DNA from: Blasia pusilla
Lineage: Eukaryota
Reading direction: 5' to 3'
Length of the DNA stretch: 64,000 nt
Assembly: GCA_050084515.1 (NCBI GenBank)
Contig: CM114271.1
Span: 49,724,001 to 49,788,000 of the forward strand
A model generated the notes under the pieces. That model saw only the letters and a list, made by a program, of their open reading frames with translations, was not told where the DNA came from and did no database searches. Position 1 is the stretch's first letter, and the number at the start of each line of letters is the position of its first letter. Below are positions 60,216 through 64,000 of this stretch, one piece after another. The position numbers and the translations under genes are program-made.

Positions 60216-63200
60216 ATGAAGGGTTTATTCAAGAACAAACCGAGGTCACCTGCGGAGCTGGTGCGGGCCACTCGGGATTTATTGATGATCATCGACTCTC
60301 TTACGGCTGTTCGACCGGACCCAAAGAAGGAGGAAAAGGTATTTGAGCTGGTCAATGTTTGAATTTCCCCGTCGGTCGTTGCCAAATTCGTGTAGACGAT
60401 CACGAGTCTCATTTTCTGATCGAATATTTACACCTACTCTGTCCTGTCACATCACGTACATCACGACCTGTCGCTTGGCAGACGTCTACATATGTCGATT
60501 CGTGTATACAACGTCGATGGCTTACTTTTACGACAATCTATGTGGTCTGGATTCTTCGGAAGAGGACTCATTCGTATTGCGCAAAATCTGCAACTTGGAT
60601 CGAGAATGCATAAATGAAGCGATGAATTGCATGCATGGATCGTCAGCATCGATTCTGGGCATAGCAGGGCGTTGCTAACGAATGCGGCAGTGCAACGGCC
60701 AAGAGTTTTTGTCCAGTGGGTCGTTGACCCAAAAAAAGACCCTATTGTTTACCTATTTCAGTTCAGGGTTTGGTATGTCTTCCTACATCTTGGGCCAATC
60801 ACCATACATTTAAAACGAAAAGTAAGTTGAACGTGGTCATACAACCTGCGGACGACATGAATTGCATCAGGTGGATTTCCTAGTCTGGACTGTCCTTGGA
60901 AGATGAGCTATGTTTAATCTGAGATCCAGCCCGCTGTGGTCTCTAACGGAATCTATACTCTGGCCCGGAAGTAACATCAAAGTTCTTTCCCACCTGTGTC
61001 CAACTTCTCCTGTCATAATCATACCTATTTCTTGGCACTGGTGTGTGCTTTACACTCCCGCTCATAGTTCATAATTTGGGACAAAAATTGTCCTCCTATT
61101 TAATAAATTCTGTATGACTGCCAGACCTCCAGTGGAATGAGGATGCAATTATCACCAGTCTAGTCTCTCCTGATTTTTAGAAACCTGAACTTGCTAAACG
61201 GCTGGGTGAAGCATGGTCTGTTACCAATGTTCTCTGCTTCAATGAAAGCGACTTAGTCAAACCGTCCCGTAATGGGATTTAAGTTTTGTCAATCGGTAGG
61301 CATGCATGATTGTGTGGCACCCTGCTATCCAAACCAAGGGATTCTTTTCTGTACCTTCTTTTTATGTATGTCTAATACGCTTCTTCGTGATGTTACAGTT
61401 GGCTGACTTGTCTCGAAATCTCCGAGAAATGAAGATGATATTGTATGGAAACAGTGAGTCTGAGCCAGTTCCAGAGATCTGTGCACAGCTGACTTGTGAA
61501 ATATTCAAGGACAATACTTTCAGACTAATGATTCAGTCTTTGCCCAAGTTTGACTTAGAGGTAAGTTATGCCTACTGTTTTGCCTCATGCCAGGATCTTC
61601 AATAGAATAGACAAAACTTTGGGCTGCTGTTCATGCTAAATCCAATTTGTTTAACTGAAGTTTTCATGAGATATTTTAAATATTGGATTCTCTTTCCTTC
61701 CCTGAAGAAAGTGATGTGCACTATATGGGTGTGAGGTCTAGATTCTCAGACCTATCACCTCAATTTTGGTTTGGGTGGATATTCTAGTCAACATCACGTT
61801 TCTCTGAAAGAGTCATTGCTTGCATGCTGTGGCTTATGATGATGCCATTTCGACAAGGTCTATTCCATGCAGTTAAGCGGTTGTGATTAATCCTATGTTA
61901 CAATATGATCACTCAGAGCTTGCTTTAGAGATGGCTGATTAGCTGATCCTCTATAATGTATTGCATACTCTAGATCAAGGATTTACTGAGGATAATTTGT
62001 GGTCATGGTAGAGCTGTACATTATTGTGATAAATGTTTGAATGGCAGGCACGAAAAGACACCACACAGGTGGTGGCAAATTTGCAAAGGCAACAGGTGCA
62101 GTCACGTCTCATTGCATGTGACTATCTGGAAACAAACAAGGATCTACTAAATCTGCTTGTGTCTGGGTAAGGCATACATTTGTTGTCTATTACTGGGAAT
62201 CTGCTCGGAAGGAAGATATTCTTTTCAAGTTTGCCTAGAAAAAAAAATCGAGGACAAAGAGTTCTGAGTTGCACTTATTAATTATGACAGCTCCTCCTAG
62301 ATGCAAACTGAGAAGCCGTGAGAATTCCTGCAATGCCCTGAATATCTTTCTAATGTGTGGTGAGGCATTAGTCAGGGCTAGTTGTTGTGACTGGCTGCAT
62401 TAAGCTAGTGACATCCCTTGGGACTGGTGGGTATCTCAGGACTTGAAAATGGGATCTCGTATCTTAACTGACTAAATCCGGTTCGCAACCTCAGATATGA
62501 GAATCCGGAGATCGCGCTACACTATGGAACAATGCTGCGTGAGTGTATTCGTCATCAAAGCATAGCCCGGTATGAGTTTTTTTTTGTGTCAGCGTGGGAG
62601 GTCATAGATACTGTTTGTGTAGATAGGAAAGGACACTGCACTCACTCCAAGTTCAAAGCAGGTTGCACAGTTGCATTGAAGCTGTTCTTTGGACTAAAAG
62701 CTTTGGTAGTCATCATTCTATTGTGCCGTGGGAGGGGAAGAGGCTTTCATTATTTTCCAAAGGATTGTTATGTGATTGAAGATTGATTTATGAATAGAAA
62801 GTATAGCTTGGGCATAACATGCTGTTTCTTGACAGAGCCTGATGACTCGCTCCTCAGGTCTGTCTTGGAATCTGGTTGCGTGTCGAAATTCTTCAAATAT
62901 GTAGAACTTCCAAATTTTGATGTTGCATCCGATGCAGCTGCAACATTTAAGGTGGACCGCTGATCTGACATTACTCCTTCGTGAATTGATCCTGATAATT
63001 TACTGGATTCTTGGAGCTATTAGATGCCAGTGCAGTGGTGTGTTCTGAGCTATGCAGTTTCTGACAACAGGGTGGTTTAGGGTTTTGTAAGAGGAAGTTG
63101 TTCCATCTTTAGCAATCAAATCCATTCTCGTTTGGGTCTGTTTGATGCAGGAGCTGTTGACAAGACACAAATCAACAGTTGCTGAGTATTTTTCCAAGAA

Positions 63201-63781
63201 TTATGATTGGGTAATTATGTCTATCTTGCATTTTACTCATGCAGAAGTGAGGAGTGACAGGGATGTGGAACTACATTGGGTGACTCCAATGGATGTGCCT
63301 TTGATTATTGACTACGATTTTGGCCCCTTTTTTTTGTATGAGACAGATACGGTATGGATCTGTCTGACACTATCTAGGATAGTGTTGAAGGTTGGTGCAA
63401 CAATCAAAGGCAATAAGTTTCTTTATACCACATGATGCTGCAATCTCAAGGCTCTGTTCTAGTCTGAATACTTCTGAAGATTCGTAATGGAAGGAATTCA
63501 GACGAGCCTTACTTGGTTGCTTCTCCTTACTTTTTGGCAGCTGTTGTGAATGCCAAGATGATTTTTTTAACCTAATTTTCTTTTCAGTGCAGAGTATCAT
63601 CTACTGCCTAGAGAGAAGTTGATGAGAAACCTTTTCTATTGATGTAAAATTTCCAACTTTGTGTGGTAGGAGTCTGTTGCTCACAGCAGTTCCTTTTCTC
63701 GGTGTTGGGCAGTTCTTTTCTGAGTACAACAGCAAACTCTTGGAGTCTCCTAATTATATCACCAAGCGACAAGCTGTGAAG
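60216..63781 (+). CDS. MO25: MO25/CAB39-family scaffold protein, 5' exons; the gene continues past the right edge. Exons 60216-60338, 61399-61560, 62048-62166, 62495-62569, 62858-62951, 63151-63210, 63713-63781
   Basis: Spliced translation [23 protein letters not shown]...[16 protein letters not shown]...[28 protein letters not shown]...[15 protein letters not shown]...[64 protein letters not shown]; all junctions are GT-AG and in phase. Confidence 0.96.
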
Positions 63782-64000
63782 GTTTGGATGTCTCTTTCTG
63801 TTAGAATAGTCTCTTATGGTATATGAAGTACAGTCCTCATTCAGAATCGTCTTGCACTGTCTTTCTGTCTTGGGTGTTACAGCGCGCACTGCAGGAGGCG
63901 TGTCTGAACTAGCTCCAAGTCTAATGAACTTTATTTTTTGGGGAACAGCTCTGAAGTGAATTATATCTACAATATATGACCTTATGGTTGCAAGATACTG

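Noticed and set aside
58897-60219. Long GC/GA-rich ORFs (229 aa minus, 146 aa plus)
   Set aside because: Low-complexity promoter/5' UTR of MO25 with GGA and GA repeats; no recognisable domain.

Overview
Eukaryotic plant nuclear DNA: spliceosomal introns, an LRR receptor kinase, a plastid-targeted protein and TTTAGGG repeats. It is probably a non-seed land plant (inference only). There are four host genes: the 5' part of UBA5 (- strand, runs off the left edge), an intronless non-RD LRR receptor-like kinase (-), an 8-exon CURT1/CAAD-like gene with a coiled-coil tail (+), and the 5' part of MO25 (+, runs off the right edge). These sit in a transposon-rich landscape. The most striking content is three decayed copies, plus one solo LTR with a 4-bp TSD, of Ty3/Gypsy-type LTR retrotransposons from two subfamilies. 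Their pol reads protease - DNMT3-like C5 cytosine methyltransferase - RT - (RNase H) - integrase - PHD finger. Both subfamilies also have an unusual 3' end: G-run, then a copy of the LTR's terminal ~110-130 bp, then a palindromic CA-NN-TG junction, then the full LTR. Other elements are a truncated Copia nested at one of these copies, a large decayed Rep-helicase Helitron, a tandem non-autonomous Helitron, a PIF1 helicase remnant, a CRE-like LINE remnant and degenerate repeats.
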